Positions 53,283 to 62,889 of a stretch of 64,000 bases of DNA are shown here, in pieces. The first letter of the stretch is position 1. Each line of letters opens with the position of its first letter. The translations under genes were made by a program, and so were the position numbers. The stretch spans positions 102,437-166,436 of the forward strand of contig JBMNLC010000004.1 in NCBI GenBank assembly GCA_050952525.1. Direction: 5' to 3'. This DNA comes from Clostridia bacterium (GTDB lineage Bacteria; Bacillota; Clostridia; Christensenellales; JBMNLC01). The notes below the pieces were generated by a model. That model made no database searches. It was not told where the DNA came from and saw nothing but the letters and a program-made list of their open reading frames with translations.

Positions 53283-54737
53283 ATGTTTGTGCTCGGTCTT
53301 GATATTGGCACTCAGGGAGTCAGGGGAATAATTGCCCACAAATCAGGAGAGGTCGTTGTTTCTTTAAATACGCCTTTTGTATCTATGAATATCGCAACTG
53401 TCGAGGGACATAAAGAGCAGGATGCTCTGGTATGGTGGCAGGCTGCTTTGCATACCATCCAAACCATCGTGAGGGATTTTAGAAATATAGGGCATCGCGT
53501 CGATGAAATTGCTGCTTTGGCTGTGGATGGCACTTCCGGAACCATCGTTCCCTTGGATGATCAGAATATCCCCTTATGCAGAGCCCTGCTCTATAATGAT
53601 GCACGATCAACGAAGGAAACAATGCTGGTGCGGGAAAAGGGAAAGGAACTGGAAGACAAACTCGGATACCGCTTCAATTCCTCCTATGCGCTTCCCAAGA
53701 TGTTATGGATAAAACGAAATATGCCAGAGATTTGGAGAAAAACCAGGATAATTGCCCATCAGTCAGACTATATCGTGGGACGCCTGACCGGTATCTACAA
53801 TGTCTCCGATTATTCCAACGCATTGAAATCAGGCTATGATCTGATCGATAAGAAATGGCCCCGATTTATTGAGGAGGATCTGGAAATCCCTGTTGACTTG
53901 CTTCCGAGGATCGTTGCACCGGGCACCTTGATAGGAAATATTTCCCCGGAGGGATCAGAGCAAACAGGTTTATCCGTTAAAACCGCCGTAGTGGCGGGGG
54001 CGACGGATGGCTATGCCTCTGCCATTGCTTCAGGCGCGATTGAACCAGGTGATTTTAATACAACCATTGGTACAACGATGGTGATCAAGGGGGTCACCCC
54101 CAATCTTATTACGGATCCGAAAGGCCGGGTCTACTGTCATCTTTATCCTGATGGCTATTGGATGCCCGGGGGTGCTTCCAATGTCGGGGGAAGATGTCTC
54201 AACCACCGCTTTCATCCGTCGGTGTTTGACAGATATAATAAGGATGTACCGGTATGGACCCCCACCGGTGTGATCGTATATCCCTTGGTAGGTACGGGGG
54301 AGAGATTTCCCTTTATTAAGGAAGACGCCAAGGGGTTTATTCTCGGCGAGTATAGGGATGACAGGCAGTTGTATGCGGCTTTGATGGAGGGGGTAGCATA
54401 TACTGAAAGACTTGCCTATGATACCCTGGAGGAATTGGGATGTAAAATAGGGGAAAGGATTTATGTAGCCGGTGGTGCGGTAAAATCCAGGGAATGGTCC
54501 CAACTGAGGGCGAATATTTTGAACAAAACCCTTTTAAAGCCTCAGGTAGTGGAAGCTGCCATGGGGAGCGCCATCATCGCAGCATCTACCACTCTTTATG
54601 GCAACATCACCGATGCCGCTCGCAGTATGGTGAAAATTACGGAGGAAATATATCCCCGGCCGGAGAAAGTGGATCAATACCAGTCATTTTACGAGCGTTT
54701 CAAGAAGGAATGTAGAGAACGGGGATATATTGAATAA
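53283..54737 (+). CDS. FGGY-family carbohydrate kinase (specificity unclear)
   Basis: LGLDIGTQGVRG N-terminus, and GGAVKSREWSQLRANIL in the FGGY C-terminal domain. Divergent from rhaA. Confidence 0.8.
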   Translation: MFVLGLDIGTQGVRGIIAHKSGEVVVSLNTPFVSMNIATVEGHKEQDALVWWQAALHTIQTIVRDFRNIGHRVDEIAALAVDGTSGTIVPLDDQNIPLCRALLYNDARSTKETMLVREKGKELEDKLGYRFNSSYALPKMLWIKRNMPEIWRKTRIIAHQSDYIVGRLTGIYNVSDYSNALKSGYDLIDKKWPRFIEEDLEIPVDLLPRIVAPGTLIGNISPEGSEQTGLSVKTAVVAGATDGYASAIASGAIEPGDFNTTIGTTMVIKGVTPNLITDPKGRVYCHLYPDGYWMPGGASNVGGRCLNHRFHPSVFDRYNKDVPVWTPTGVIVYPLVGTGERFPFIKEDAKGFILGEYRDDRQLYAALMEGVAYTERLAYDTLEELGCKIGERIYVAGGAVKSREWSQLRANILNKTLLKPQVVEAAMGSAIIAASTTLYGNITDAARSMVKITEEIYPRPEKVDQYQSFYERFKKECRERGYIE

Positions 54738-54789
54738 AACATATTTTTTCTACAGAACAAGATGACGATACAGAAGGCGGGATGATAAA

Positions 54790-56142
54790 ATGAGTATTTA
54801 CAAGGATTGTGATATTCGAGGAATTTATAATGAGGAATTCTGTGATGAGACAGCCTATGACATAGGAAGGGCCGTTGGTACCATTATGAAGGGGAAAAAG
54901 GTCGTTGTCAGCGGCGATGTGCGTGTCTCCACGGAAGCCATTAAGAAAAAGCTGCTGGACGGATTATATGATAGCGGTACCCACATCATTGATCTTGGAA
55001 TGACCCCCACACCTGTTTTTTATTATGCCAAACAACTACTTGGTGCAGAAGGGGGAGTGATGGTGACCGCTTCCCATAATCCGGCAGAATACAATGGATT
55101 TAAGGTTGTATTCGGCGATAGGCCCGTGACTCCTGAAGATATCAAGAGAGTAGAAAGAATCATTCGGGAGGGCAGCTTTGCCAAAGGTCAAGGTCAGTTA
55201 GAAAAAGCGGATGTATTGGAAGAGTATGTTCAAATGGTGAAGAGCCATACTAAAAAACACAGGGATTTAAGAATCGTGATTGATGCCGGCAACGGCACCG
55301 TTTCAAAAATCGGTCCCGGGATATTCAGGGAATTGGGCTACGAGGTGATCGAGCTGTTTTGTGAATATGACGGCAGCTTTCCAAATCGGGAGCCCAATCC
55401 TGCCGTGTATAAGCATCTTGCCCAGGCCCAGAGAAAGGTGCTTGATGAGCAGGCTGATCTTGGCGTTGCTTTTGATGGGGACGGCGACAGAGTGGTATTT
55501 ATTGATGAGAAGGGAAGGGTTGCTGTCAGCGAAGAAAGCTTTGTGGTATTTATACGGGAATACTTGAGGGACAATCCTTCTTCCGTTGTGTATGATTTGA
55601 AATCCTCGAGCATTGTGGAGAGGGAGATTCGAAAATATCATTCCGAACCGATCATGGAGCGATCCGGTCATGCATTCATAAAAAAGACATTTTTGGAGAA
55701 CGATTCTGTCCTTGCGGGGGAGATCAGCGGGCATTTCTTCTTTAGGGAATTGGGTCATGATGATGGGATTTATGCAGCAGTGAAGATGGCTGAAATCATT
55801 GGTAAGCAAAATTGCCCCTTTTCAAGCATTCTGGACGGGATTCAAAAAACCATCATTACTCCTGATATCAGGATCCCTTATCCCACTGACAGGCAGGATG
55901 AGATGTTGAAGAGAGTAGAAGCTTTGAGGGAGAAATATCCTGTTTCAAGGCTGGATGGGATAAGAGTCCAGTTCCCCAAGGGCTGGTTATTAGTAAGAAA
56001 ATCGGTCACAGAGGCTGGAATTACCATTCGGATTGAGGCAGACAGCCACGAAGAGATGGCCTTCATAAAAGGCATGCTCTTTGAAGCTGCACCTGAACTT
56101 GATGGTAAACATGAGCTTCTCCGCTCTGGTCAGGAAGTATAG
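54790..56142 (+). CDS. Phosphomannomutase/phosphoglucomutase
   Basis: Catalytic TASHNP, Mg site FDGDGDR, sugar-binding loop GEISGH. Confidence 0.85.
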   Translation: MSIYKDCDIRGIYNEEFCDETAYDIGRAVGTIMKGKKVVVSGDVRVSTEAIKKKLLDGLYDSGTHIIDLGMTPTPVFYYAKQLLGAEGGVMVTASHNPAEYNGFKVVFGDRPVTPEDIKRVERIIREGSFAKGQGQLEKADVLEEYVQMVKSHTKKHRDLRIVIDAGNGTVSKIGPGIFRELGYEVIELFCEYDGSFPNREPNPAVYKHLAQAQRKVLDEQADLGVAFDGDGDRVVFIDEKGRVAVSEESFVVFIREYLRDNPSSVVYDLKSSSIVEREIRKYHSEPIMERSGHAFIKKTFLENDSVLAGEISGHFFFRELGHDDGIYAAVKMAEIIGKQNCPFSSILDGIQKTIITPDIRIPYPTDRQDEMLKRVEALREKYPVSRLDGIRVQFPKGWLLVRKSVTEAGITIRIEADSHEEMAFIKGMLFEAAPELDGKHELLRSGQEV

Positions 56143-56182
56143 GACAGACGCATGTAATGGTGATAGGAGAGGTTTTAAAATT

Positions 56183-56218
56183 AGAAAAAGTCTTTGGAGA
56201 GATCCAAAGACTTTTTCT
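56183..56218. terminator. Bidirectional terminator
   Basis: Perfect 15-bp stem AGAAAAAGTCTTTGG / CCAAAGACTTTTTCT. Confidence 0.85.
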
Positions 56219-56252
56219 AATTCAGGGTATTGGATGATTACGGAAAATGCCG

Positions 56253-56444
56253 TTACTTGTTCTGAATTTCTGACAGGAGTTTTCCGCCCACACCAATATT
56301 ATCCCTATCGTTTTCCCGAATGTAGACGGTGAAAGCCTGCTCCGGAATGCCTAAAACTTCGTGGGCTGTGCGGGTTAATTTAGCAATTAGTTCAGCCTTC
56401 ATTTCTTTAGTCATCTTTGACGCATCTACTCGTATTGTTGGCAT
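56253..56444 (-). CDS. 4-oxalocrotonate tautomerase family protein
   Basis: 63 aa beginning MPTI (catalytic Pro1), with GAGGAGA RBS. Confidence 0.8.
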   Translation of the reverse strand: MPTIRVDASKMTKEMKAELIAKLTRTAHEVLGIPEQAFTVYIRENDRDNIGVGGKLLSEIQNK

Positions 56445-56543
56445 ACATCATTCTCCTCTCCAGTATAGTGTCAAATGAAAATTGACCTGTTCTACCATAT
56501 TATTCTATCATAGGATCCTAATTCACGCTAGCAAAAATGAAGA

Positions 56544-56583
56544 AGAGGCATGCCTTGTGCCTGATCATGCAAGGTCTGCCTCT
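56544..56583 (-). terminator. Probable terminator of the coat-protein gene
   Basis: 14-bp stem with a 2-nt internal mismatch (AGAGGCATGCCTTG / CAAGGTCTGCCTCT), with an A5 run on the plus strand. Confidence 0.5.
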
Positions 56584-56600
56584 CCTGAAACCCTTTCGAA

Positions 56601-57083
56601 TCACTTCGGAGTATACATGCCTTTGCTCTGCATATACTTGAAGATTCCTTCCCCATGTCCTTGTTCTTCTTTCTGGATATGGTTCAGGACCTGACGGACG
56701 TTTGAATCCGTTTGCTCAAAAATTGCCGTATCATACGTGGACGAAACATATTTTTCTGTCATGAGCATGTCAGAACAGAGAACAGCATCATTTTGACTTC
56801 CGCCATTTCCTAAAAACTTCCCTTGAACCCCAGCCGGGGCAGTGTTCCGCTGTTGCATCTGTTGTCCCTGCTGCTGCCCCATTTGAGGAATTTGCCCGTT
56901 GAGCAGCTGATTGATGGAGTTCAAATGCTCCTGTTCCTGAGCTGCATATGTTTGAAACATTTGCTTCAGCTGTGGACACTGTGCACTGTTGGCGTAGGCT
57001 GTGTATTTTTGTATGCACACTTCCTCATGACTTTTTTGATCTTCTAATAGGACTCTTTCTTTTTGCGTTAAATTTAATGGCAT
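56601..57083 (-). CDS. CotF-like spore coat protein
   Basis: AGGAGG RBS 8 nt before the ATG at 57083. Two Coat-F-like halves (LLEDQKSHEEVCIQKYTAYA... and DMLMTEKYVSSTYDTAIFE...) are joined by a Q/G-rich linker. Confidence 0.8.
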   Translation of the reverse strand: MPLNLTQKERVLLEDQKSHEEVCIQKYTAYANSAQCPQLKQMFQTYAAQEQEHLNSINQLLNGQIPQMGQQQGQQMQQRNTAPAGVQGKFLGNGGSQNDAVLCSDMLMTEKYVSSTYDTAIFEQTDSNVRQVLNHIQKEEQGHGEGIFKYMQSKGMYTPK

Positions 57084-57292
57084 CAACAACACCTCCTGTC
57101 CTTATTATGGTTACCCGTTCATGGATTATGCATGACAAGTGAAAAAACCGAAAGATGAAACATATTCATTGGTGGCGATAAATTTTATCATGATGAAATG
57201 AAGATCATAAAAGGATTTTGAAGAAGAGCGACGAATATGTGAATGTAGGACTTCATGCCCATGCTGTTTGATAAAAAAGGGGGAGAAGGATC

Positions 57293-58273
57293 GTGCGTTA
57301 CAAAACCATTCCTAAAACCGATCTCAGAGCATCCCATATATGCATGGGGGGCGGTGCGATTGGCATATCCCTTGATGAAAGGGAATCTTTCCGAATGCTG
57401 GACACATTCGTGGATCTTGGAGGAAACTTTATCGACACTGCCAACATCTACGGGAAGTGGCTGCCCCATGGAAGAAATTCCAGCGAGGAAATGATTGGCA
57501 AGTGGTTGAAAAAGAGAAACAATCGGGATCGCATTATTTTGGCTACCAAGGGGGCACATCCGAATCTGAATACCATGGACATACCACGTCTGGGACGCCG
57601 GGAAATACGAGAGGACTTAGAAGAGAGCCTGGATACCCTTCAAACCGATACCATTGATATGTACTGGCTGCACAGGGATGATGAAAACCGACCTGTCGGC
57701 GATATCCTGGAGACCATGAACGAATTGGTAAGCGAGGGGAAAATCCGTTATTTTGGCTGCTCCAATTGGAAACCGAATCGTATTGCAGAAGCTTTGAACT
57801 ATGCAGAGCAAAACGGGATGAAATCCTTCGTAGCCAATCAAGTGATGTGGAGCCTGGCAGAACCTGATATGATGGCAGTAGCCGATAAGACGCTGGTTGC
57901 CATGGACAAGGAAGGCTTGGATTTTCACAAAAAAACCAATATGGCAGCTGTCCCTTATAGCTCCCAGGCGAACGGTTATTTTACTAAACTGGCGAAGGGC
58001 GGCCCAGCCTTATTGGATGATAGGGTGAAGAGGATATATCACCATAAAAGCAATATACAGCGTATGGAAAGAATCCTGAAACTTGCCCGTGAAATGTCCT
58101 GTACAGTGACAGAAATCGCTCTGGCTTATCTGATAAGTCATGATTTTCCCACCTTCCCTATCGTGGGATGTCGGAGTGTAGATCAGCTAATGGAAAGTAT
58201 GAAGGCGGGCGATCTTGTCCTGGATGCAGAAAGGATGGACTACTTGAATTCGGGTACCGGAGGGGAAGGGTAA
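57293..58273 (+). CDS. Aldo/keto reductase
   Basis: GTG start after a GGGGGAG RBS. FIDTANIYG, DMYWLHRDD, GCSNW motifs. Confidence 0.85.
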   Translation: MRYKTIPKTDLRASHICMGGGAIGISLDERESFRMLDTFVDLGGNFIDTANIYGKWLPHGRNSSEEMIGKWLKKRNNRDRIILATKGAHPNLNTMDIPRLGRREIREDLEESLDTLQTDTIDMYWLHRDDENRPVGDILETMNELVSEGKIRYFGCSNWKPNRIAEALNYAEQNGMKSFVANQVMWSLAEPDMMAVADKTLVAMDKEGLDFHKKTNMAAVPYSSQANGYFTKLAKGGPALLDDRVKRIYHHKSNIQRMERILKLAREMSCTVTEIALAYLISHDFPTFPIVGCRSVDQLMESMKAGDLVLDAERMDYLNSGTGGEG

Positions 58274-58420
58274 TAGTCTATTTATCGGAATATCTAAATA
58301 CTTCCTTAGGATTGTAATAGAAATATGAAATATACAACCGATTTGTAACAAATATGTAACAATTTGTTCATAAACCAGTAAAATATAAAGAAAACGGGAT
58401 TATTTCCCTATATAGGACGT

Positions 58421-58449
58421 TTGATTTTCGAGACAAGAAAGGATATACT
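58421..58449 (+). promoter_or_regulatory. Promoter driving the riboswitch-hydrolase transcript
   Basis: TTGATT (58421-58426), 17-nt spacer, TATACT (58444-58449). Confidence 0.55.
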
Positions 58450-58455
58450 GTGATA

Positions 58456-58605
58456 GAAAAGAGGGCTGAATTCCTATTATATAGGATACGGAGGAACCAA
58501 CTATGGGGTGAATCTGCTTGCTTCATCAAGCAGTAGGGGGTGCCTTCTCCTCCGAACCCGACAGCTAACTTCGGAAGCCCAGGGAATCTTGCATTCCCGT
58601 AAGAC
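58456..58605 (+). promoter_or_regulatory. c-di-AMP riboswitch (ydaO/yuaA motif)
   Basis: Contains the conserved blocks CUGAAUUCC, ACGGAGGAACCA, GGGGUGAAUC and CCGAACCCGACAGCUAACUUCGGAAGC in the order and spacing of the ydaO motif. It sits in the 5' leader of a cell-wall hydrolase, a typical ydaO-regulated gene class. Confidence 0.8.
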
Positions 58606-58622
58606 AGAAGGGATGTGTTTAC

Positions 58623-59765
58623 ATGAAAAAGATTAAACCGGTTCTTTGTGGCTGTATAGCGATGGGCTTGTTGCTCTCTTCGGGTTTCTATCAAAAGGCA
58701 AATGCCGCTTCAACGAAGGGGACGATCAATGCCAACAAGGTCAATTTCAGAACTGGTGCTTCCTTAACTTCAGACGTAATCACCCGATTGAGAAAAGGCG
58801 AAGAGGTACGAGTGAGAAGCCAGTCAGGCGATTGGGTGAAGGTTACTTTCAATAACCGCACGGGATATGTGTTTAAGAGCTATGTAAACGTAGCGAAAAG
58901 CAGCTCCGGTTCAAGCAGTAGCCTTAGATACGAAGATCGAGGAGATGCTGTCAAAAAGGTTCAAAAAGCTTTGAAAGATAAAGGCTTTTTGAATGGCAAG
59001 GTCGACGGCATATTCGGCAGGCAGACTTTAGCTGCTGTAGAAGCCTTCCAGAGGAGAATGGGGCTAAAAGTAGATGGAATAGTCGGCCCCAAAACTCAGC
59101 AAAAGCTGTTCAACGACGGGGACTCATCCCGAGGGTCCTCTTCATCCGGTATTCTAAAAGTGGGGAGTAAGGGTAAGGCCGTTATTGACCTGCAGAAGGC
59201 TTTGAAAGCCAAAGGCTATTATACATATAAGGTAACCGGTGTCTATGGGTCCATCACCCGTGCAGCCGTCAAGGATTTCCAAAAGGATGCGCGTATAAAG
59301 GTTGATGGAATAGCCGGCCCGGTAACCCTGAAAAAACTCTCTTCCTCCTCTGTGAAGAAAAGCAGCTCATCCCGTAGTAGTGCAGACAGGAGCAGTTCCA
59401 GCTCCAGCAGCCGAAAGGGATCGGATGTCGTTGCCTATGCAAAGAAGTTCATAGGCGTGCCTTACCGATATGGAGGCAGCTCACCGAAAACGGGATTCGA
59501 CTGTTCCGGTTTCACAAGTTATGTCTATAAGCATTTCGGTGTAAAACTGCCCAGGTCATCCCGTGACCAGCTGAAGGTAGGGACTGCCGTCTCCAGGAGC
59601 AATTTAAAGCCCGGCGATTTGGTGTTGTTTGGTAATCCTGTTCATCATGTCGGTATTTACGTGGGCGATGATAAGTATATCCATGCTCCTAGGACAGGGG
59701 AAAAGGTGAAGATCTCCAAATTAAGCGGACGGAAATTCTATTATGCCAGAAGAATATTCAAATAA
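58623..59765 (+). CDS. Secreted peptidoglycan hydrolase: SH3b + 3x PG-binding-1 + NlpC/P60
   Basis: Signal peptide. SH3-like segment (VNFRTGASL...GDWVKV). Three copies of the GxxGxxVxxxQxxLxxxGxxxGxxDGxFGxxTxxAVxxFQ repeat. Ser-rich linkers. C-terminal YRYGGSSPKTGFDCSGF...HHVGIY (Cys/His catalytic pair). Confidence 0.85.
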   Translation: MKKIKPVLCGCIAMGLLLSSGFYQKANAASTKGTINANKVNFRTGASLTSDVITRLRKGEEVRVRSQSGDWVKVTFNNRTGYVFKSYVNVAKSSSGSSSSLRYEDRGDAVKKVQKALKDKGFLNGKVDGIFGRQTLAAVEAFQRRMGLKVDGIVGPKTQQKLFNDGDSSRGSSSSGILKVGSKGKAVIDLQKALKAKGYYTYKVTGVYGSITRAAVKDFQKDARIKVDGIAGPVTLKKLSSSSVKKSSSSRSSADRSSSSSSSRKGSDVVAYAKKFIGVPYRYGGSSPKTGFDCSGFTSYVYKHFGVKLPRSSRDQLKVGTAVSRSNLKPGDLVLFGNPVHHVGIYVGDDKYIHAPRTGEKVKISKLSGRKFYYARRIFK

Positions 59766-59795
59766 CATCGGAGTTTTGTGAGTAAGGGCATCGTT

Positions 59796-59825
59796 AGGGG
59801 TACTTTTGTACCCCTTTCTTTATTA
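59796..59825 (+). terminator. Rho-independent terminator
   Basis: AGGGGTAC-tttt-GTACCCCT hairpin followed by a T-rich tail. Confidence 0.8.
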
Positions 59826-59906
59826 TATAGGCCAGAGGTTAAGATGAACGGTATGGCCTTTCTTTATGATGGGGATATACCACTGTACATAAGGAGGGAT
59901 GCTGAA

Positions 59907-61124
59907 ATGAAGCAATTGTCGGTATTATTAGCGGGTGCGGGAGGGTACGGAAACGTCTATTTGAAAGCCCTTTTGGATGAAAAAAAGGATGATCATTTTG
60001 TTATCAGCGCTATTGTGGATCCCAAACCTCAGAATTCCCATTATTATCAGCGGATAAAGGATTTGGGTATTCCCATTTACTCCACGATGGAGGCTTTTTA
60101 TGAGGAAGGCAGGGCAGACCTGGCGATCATTGTATCACCTATACAATATCATTGCTCCCAGACCTGTCTCGCCCTTTCCCAAGGAAGCCATGTCCTGTGC
60201 GAGAAACCTGCCAGTGCTGTCATACAAGAAATTGACCGGATGATCGAGGCAAGGGATCGGGCAAGCAGAATGGTTGCTATCGGTTACCAGTGGTCCTTCA
60301 GCGATACCATACAGGAACTAAAAAAGGATATACAGAAGGGTTTTTTGGGAAAGCCCAAGCGCTTGAAGTCATTGGTTCTTTGGCCCCGACGCCAATCTTA
60401 TTTTCAACGGAACAATTGGGCGGGTAAAAAGATGGATGACAAGGGGAATTGGATATTGGACAGTGTGGTGAACAACGCTACTGCCCACTACTTGCATAAT
60501 ATGTTTTACGTTCTTGGGAAGGAGATAGACCGAAGTGCCCGTCCTGAATGGGTGGTGGCAGAGTTGTATCGTGCCAATGACATCGAGAATTTTGATACGG
60601 CAGCTGTCCGGGTACAGACCGAAGAGGGAGTAGAACTGCTTTTTATTGCTTCCCATGCCGTGGATATAGAAAGAGGCCCGGCCTTTTGCTATGAATTTGA
60701 GAAGGCAACCGTCGTTTATGAAAGAGCACAGAAAAACGAAAGGAGCGAAGTGATCGCCGTCTTCAAGGATGGAACGCAAAAGTCATATGGAGATCCCTTC
60801 CGCAAGGAAGCCGGAAAATTATGGAGGACCATGAACGCAATCCGAGGGAATGAAATCACTCCTTGCGGTCTTGAAGCAGCATCTTCCCATACACTGTGTG
60901 TCAATGGAATGCAGGAGTCGGTAAAGGATATCCCGTCTTTTCCGGAGGAGCTCATCCGTGTAGATGAAACAGACCCAAAGGATCCCCTGGTTTTTATGGA
61001 AAACCTTGTTCAGCTTTTAACGGACTGCTACGAAAGCTGGAAAATGCCCCATGAAGCAGGCATCCTTTGGGCGAAAGCAGGGCAAAGAGTGGAACTGAGA
61101 GGATATAAGGAGTTTAATGGTTAA
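59907..61124 (+). CDS. Gfo/Idh/MocA family oxidoreductase
   Basis: ORF 59778..61124; AAGGAGGG RBS 8 nt before the ATG at 59907. VLLAGAGGYG Rossmann motif and VLCEKP motif. Confidence 0.8.
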   Translation: MKQLSVLLAGAGGYGNVYLKALLDEKKDDHFVISAIVDPKPQNSHYYQRIKDLGIPIYSTMEAFYEEGRADLAIIVSPIQYHCSQTCLALSQGSHVLCEKPASAVIQEIDRMIEARDRASRMVAIGYQWSFSDTIQELKKDIQKGFLGKPKRLKSLVLWPRRQSYFQRNNWAGKKMDDKGNWILDSVVNNATAHYLHNMFYVLGKEIDRSARPEWVVAELYRANDIENFDTAAVRVQTEEGVELLFIASHAVDIERGPAFCYEFEKATVVYERAQKNERSEVIAVFKDGTQKSYGDPFRKEAGKLWRTMNAIRGNEITPCGLEAASSHTLCVNGMQESVKDIPSFPEELIRVDETDPKDPLVFMENLVQLLTDCYESWKMPHEAGILWAKAGQRVELRGYKEFNG

Positions 61125-61194
61125 TCCCTCTTAACAGATGAAAGAGGGAGTTTTACAGCTGATTCTACTGATAGTTTGCATATAAAGATGAAGA

Positions 61195-61226
61195 AAGAGT
61201 GTGCTCATGACCGACACACTCTTTTT
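61195..61226. terminator. Bidirectional terminator
   Basis: AAGAGTGTG / CACACTCTT stem with T-rich flanks on both strands. Confidence 0.6.
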
Positions 61227-61229
61227 AGC

Positions 61230-61376
61230 TCAATCTTTTTCGGAAGGAGAGTCCTTTTCAAGGTTGTCATAGCGTTCCGGACGGAATTCTTCGGATGCAT
61301 TTTCACCCAGCTGGTCATTATAGGCAGCTGTTGGCACGGAGTGCCTGTTCTTTTTCTTTTTCTTCTTCGCCATCAT
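61230..61376 (-). CDS. Unlisted 48-aa Lys-rich small protein
   Basis: Translated by hand from the minus strand: AAAGGAGGT RBS, then ATGATG... = MMAKKKKKKNRHSVPTAAYNDQLGENASEEFRPERYDNLEKDSPSEKD*, followed by the 61195-61226 hairpin. It falls below the 60-aa cutoff of the ORF track. Confidence 0.45.
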   Translation of the reverse strand: MMAKKKKKKNRHSVPTAAYNDQLGENASEEFRPERYDNLEKDSPSEKD

Positions 61377-61542
61377 TCCTACCTCCTTTATTTGTTGTAT
61401 AGGATATCCTTCAATTCCCCTAAATATTCTTTTTTTCTGTATCGAGAGCTGCTGCGATTATGGGCTGTTTTCTTTTCATTGTTTATCATACTATTATCTG
61501 GTATGATAAAAGGGTATGAGAGTGAAATAAGGGTGGTGGTGA

Positions 61543-62778
61543 ATGATGAGCAGACACTTTATGCTCGCATTACAGGATGATAAAAATCGTTTCAAGGCCA
61601 TACAGGCATTGTACTGGGGTGGATACATTTTATATTACGTGTACTATGTTTATTATTTGAACACCGTCCGAGGTTTTAGGAGCAGTGAGATAGGTGCCCT
61701 TGTCTCAATCACCGCCTTTGTCACCTTAATCTCCCAGGGATTCTGGGGATATGTATGCGATCGATTTCGCAATATAAAGGCAGTCGTGATGCTGCTGTAC
61801 CTATGCACAACCGTTTTAATATCCATATTCCCATTATTTTCTCACTTCGTCACCATCGGTTTGACGATGGCCCTCATCGCTTTTTTTGAACCCCCTATTC
61901 CTGTTATCGTAGACAGTTGGATTGCCCGCTATCTGGAAGAAAAGCCCCAATTGAATTATACGGGGATCAGATTATGGGGTTCTCTGAGTGTCGCTCTGGT
62001 TTCCGTCGTTATCGGTCGAATTGCCCTGTGGAATGTCTCCTATGTTTTTCATCTTTACATACTCTTTGGCCTGCTGAGTATTTTTATCTGCAGCCAGGTG
62101 GATTTCAGTGCCCATTATAAGGAGAAGGAGCCTAAAATACGGGAAAGCTTACCCCTCCTATTGAAAAACCATGAATATGTCGTATTTGTAATCAGCGCAA
62201 CCTTGATTATGACTGCCTTTCGCAGCGCAAGCCTGTTTTTACCCAATAAGGTTATCGAAGTAGGCGGGAATCAAGGGCACATCAGTCTGACTTGGACCAT
62301 CTCAGTCATGAGTGAAATACCTGTTTTGTTATTGGGAAAAAAGTGGATCAAGCGTTTTAAGTCCCTTAGCCTGTTTATTTTCTCATATTGTATGTTTGGT
62401 ATGCGGATCCTTCTGTACTATTTGGGAACCAATGTGTATATGGTCCTTTTAAGCAATGCATTTAACGGAGTATCCTTCGGGATTTTTCTTTCCGTTGTTG
62501 TGATATATATTAACCGAATCGCTCCGGAGAGAATAAAAACGTCAGCCTTTACACTGGCAGCAGCATGTTATAACAGTGCCAGCGTAATTATTGGAAGCTC
62601 CTTAGGAGGCTTTATCCTGGACAAACATGGACTCGATAAAGTGTATATCACCGGTCTGATCATGAATTTGGCAGGTATCCTCCTTCTCTCAGGCTATAAT
62701 ATATTCAAGGGCAGCGGGAGGCAGAACCGGGATCTTTTCCGAAGGTACGTGGCCACTGGATCATCCTCTCAGCAATAA
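61543..62778 (+). CDS. MFS transporter
   Basis: 411 aa, ~12 predicted hydrophobic spans, no soluble domains. Confidence 0.75.
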   Translation: MMSRHFMLALQDDKNRFKAIQALYWGGYILYYVYYVYYLNTVRGFRSSEIGALVSITAFVTLISQGFWGYVCDRFRNIKAVVMLLYLCTTVLISIFPLFSHFVTIGLTMALIAFFEPPIPVIVDSWIARYLEEKPQLNYTGIRLWGSLSVALVSVVIGRIALWNVSYVFHLYILFGLLSIFICSQVDFSAHYKEKEPKIRESLPLLLKNHEYVVFVISATLIMTAFRSASLFLPNKVIEVGGNQGHISLTWTISVMSEIPVLLLGKKWIKRFKSLSLFIFSYCMFGMRILLYYLGTNVYMVLLSNAFNGVSFGIFLSVVVIYINRIAPERIKTSAFTLAAACYNSASVIIGSSLGGFILDKHGLDKVYITGLIMNLAGILLLSGYNIFKGSGRQNRDLFRRYVATGSSSQQ

Positions 62779-62789
62779 GGAAATGAAAC

Positions 62790-62818
62790 TTGATTGTTAC
62801 AGCTTTTTACCTTATAAT
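62790..62818 (+). promoter_or_regulatory. Promoter of icd
   Basis: TTGATT (62790-62795), 17-nt spacer, TATAAT (62813-62818). Confidence 0.55.
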
Positions 62819-62889
62819 GATGTATATTTATTCGTAACTATCAGTAGTATTTTTTAATAACAATATAACAATATGAAAGGAAGAACAAT

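Noticed and set aside
61176-61580. 134-aa plus-strand ORF listed in the track.
   Set aside because: It has no RBS, reads through a terminator hairpin, and consists of hydrophobic low-complexity sequence. The minus-strand 48-aa ORF with RBS and terminator explains the region better.
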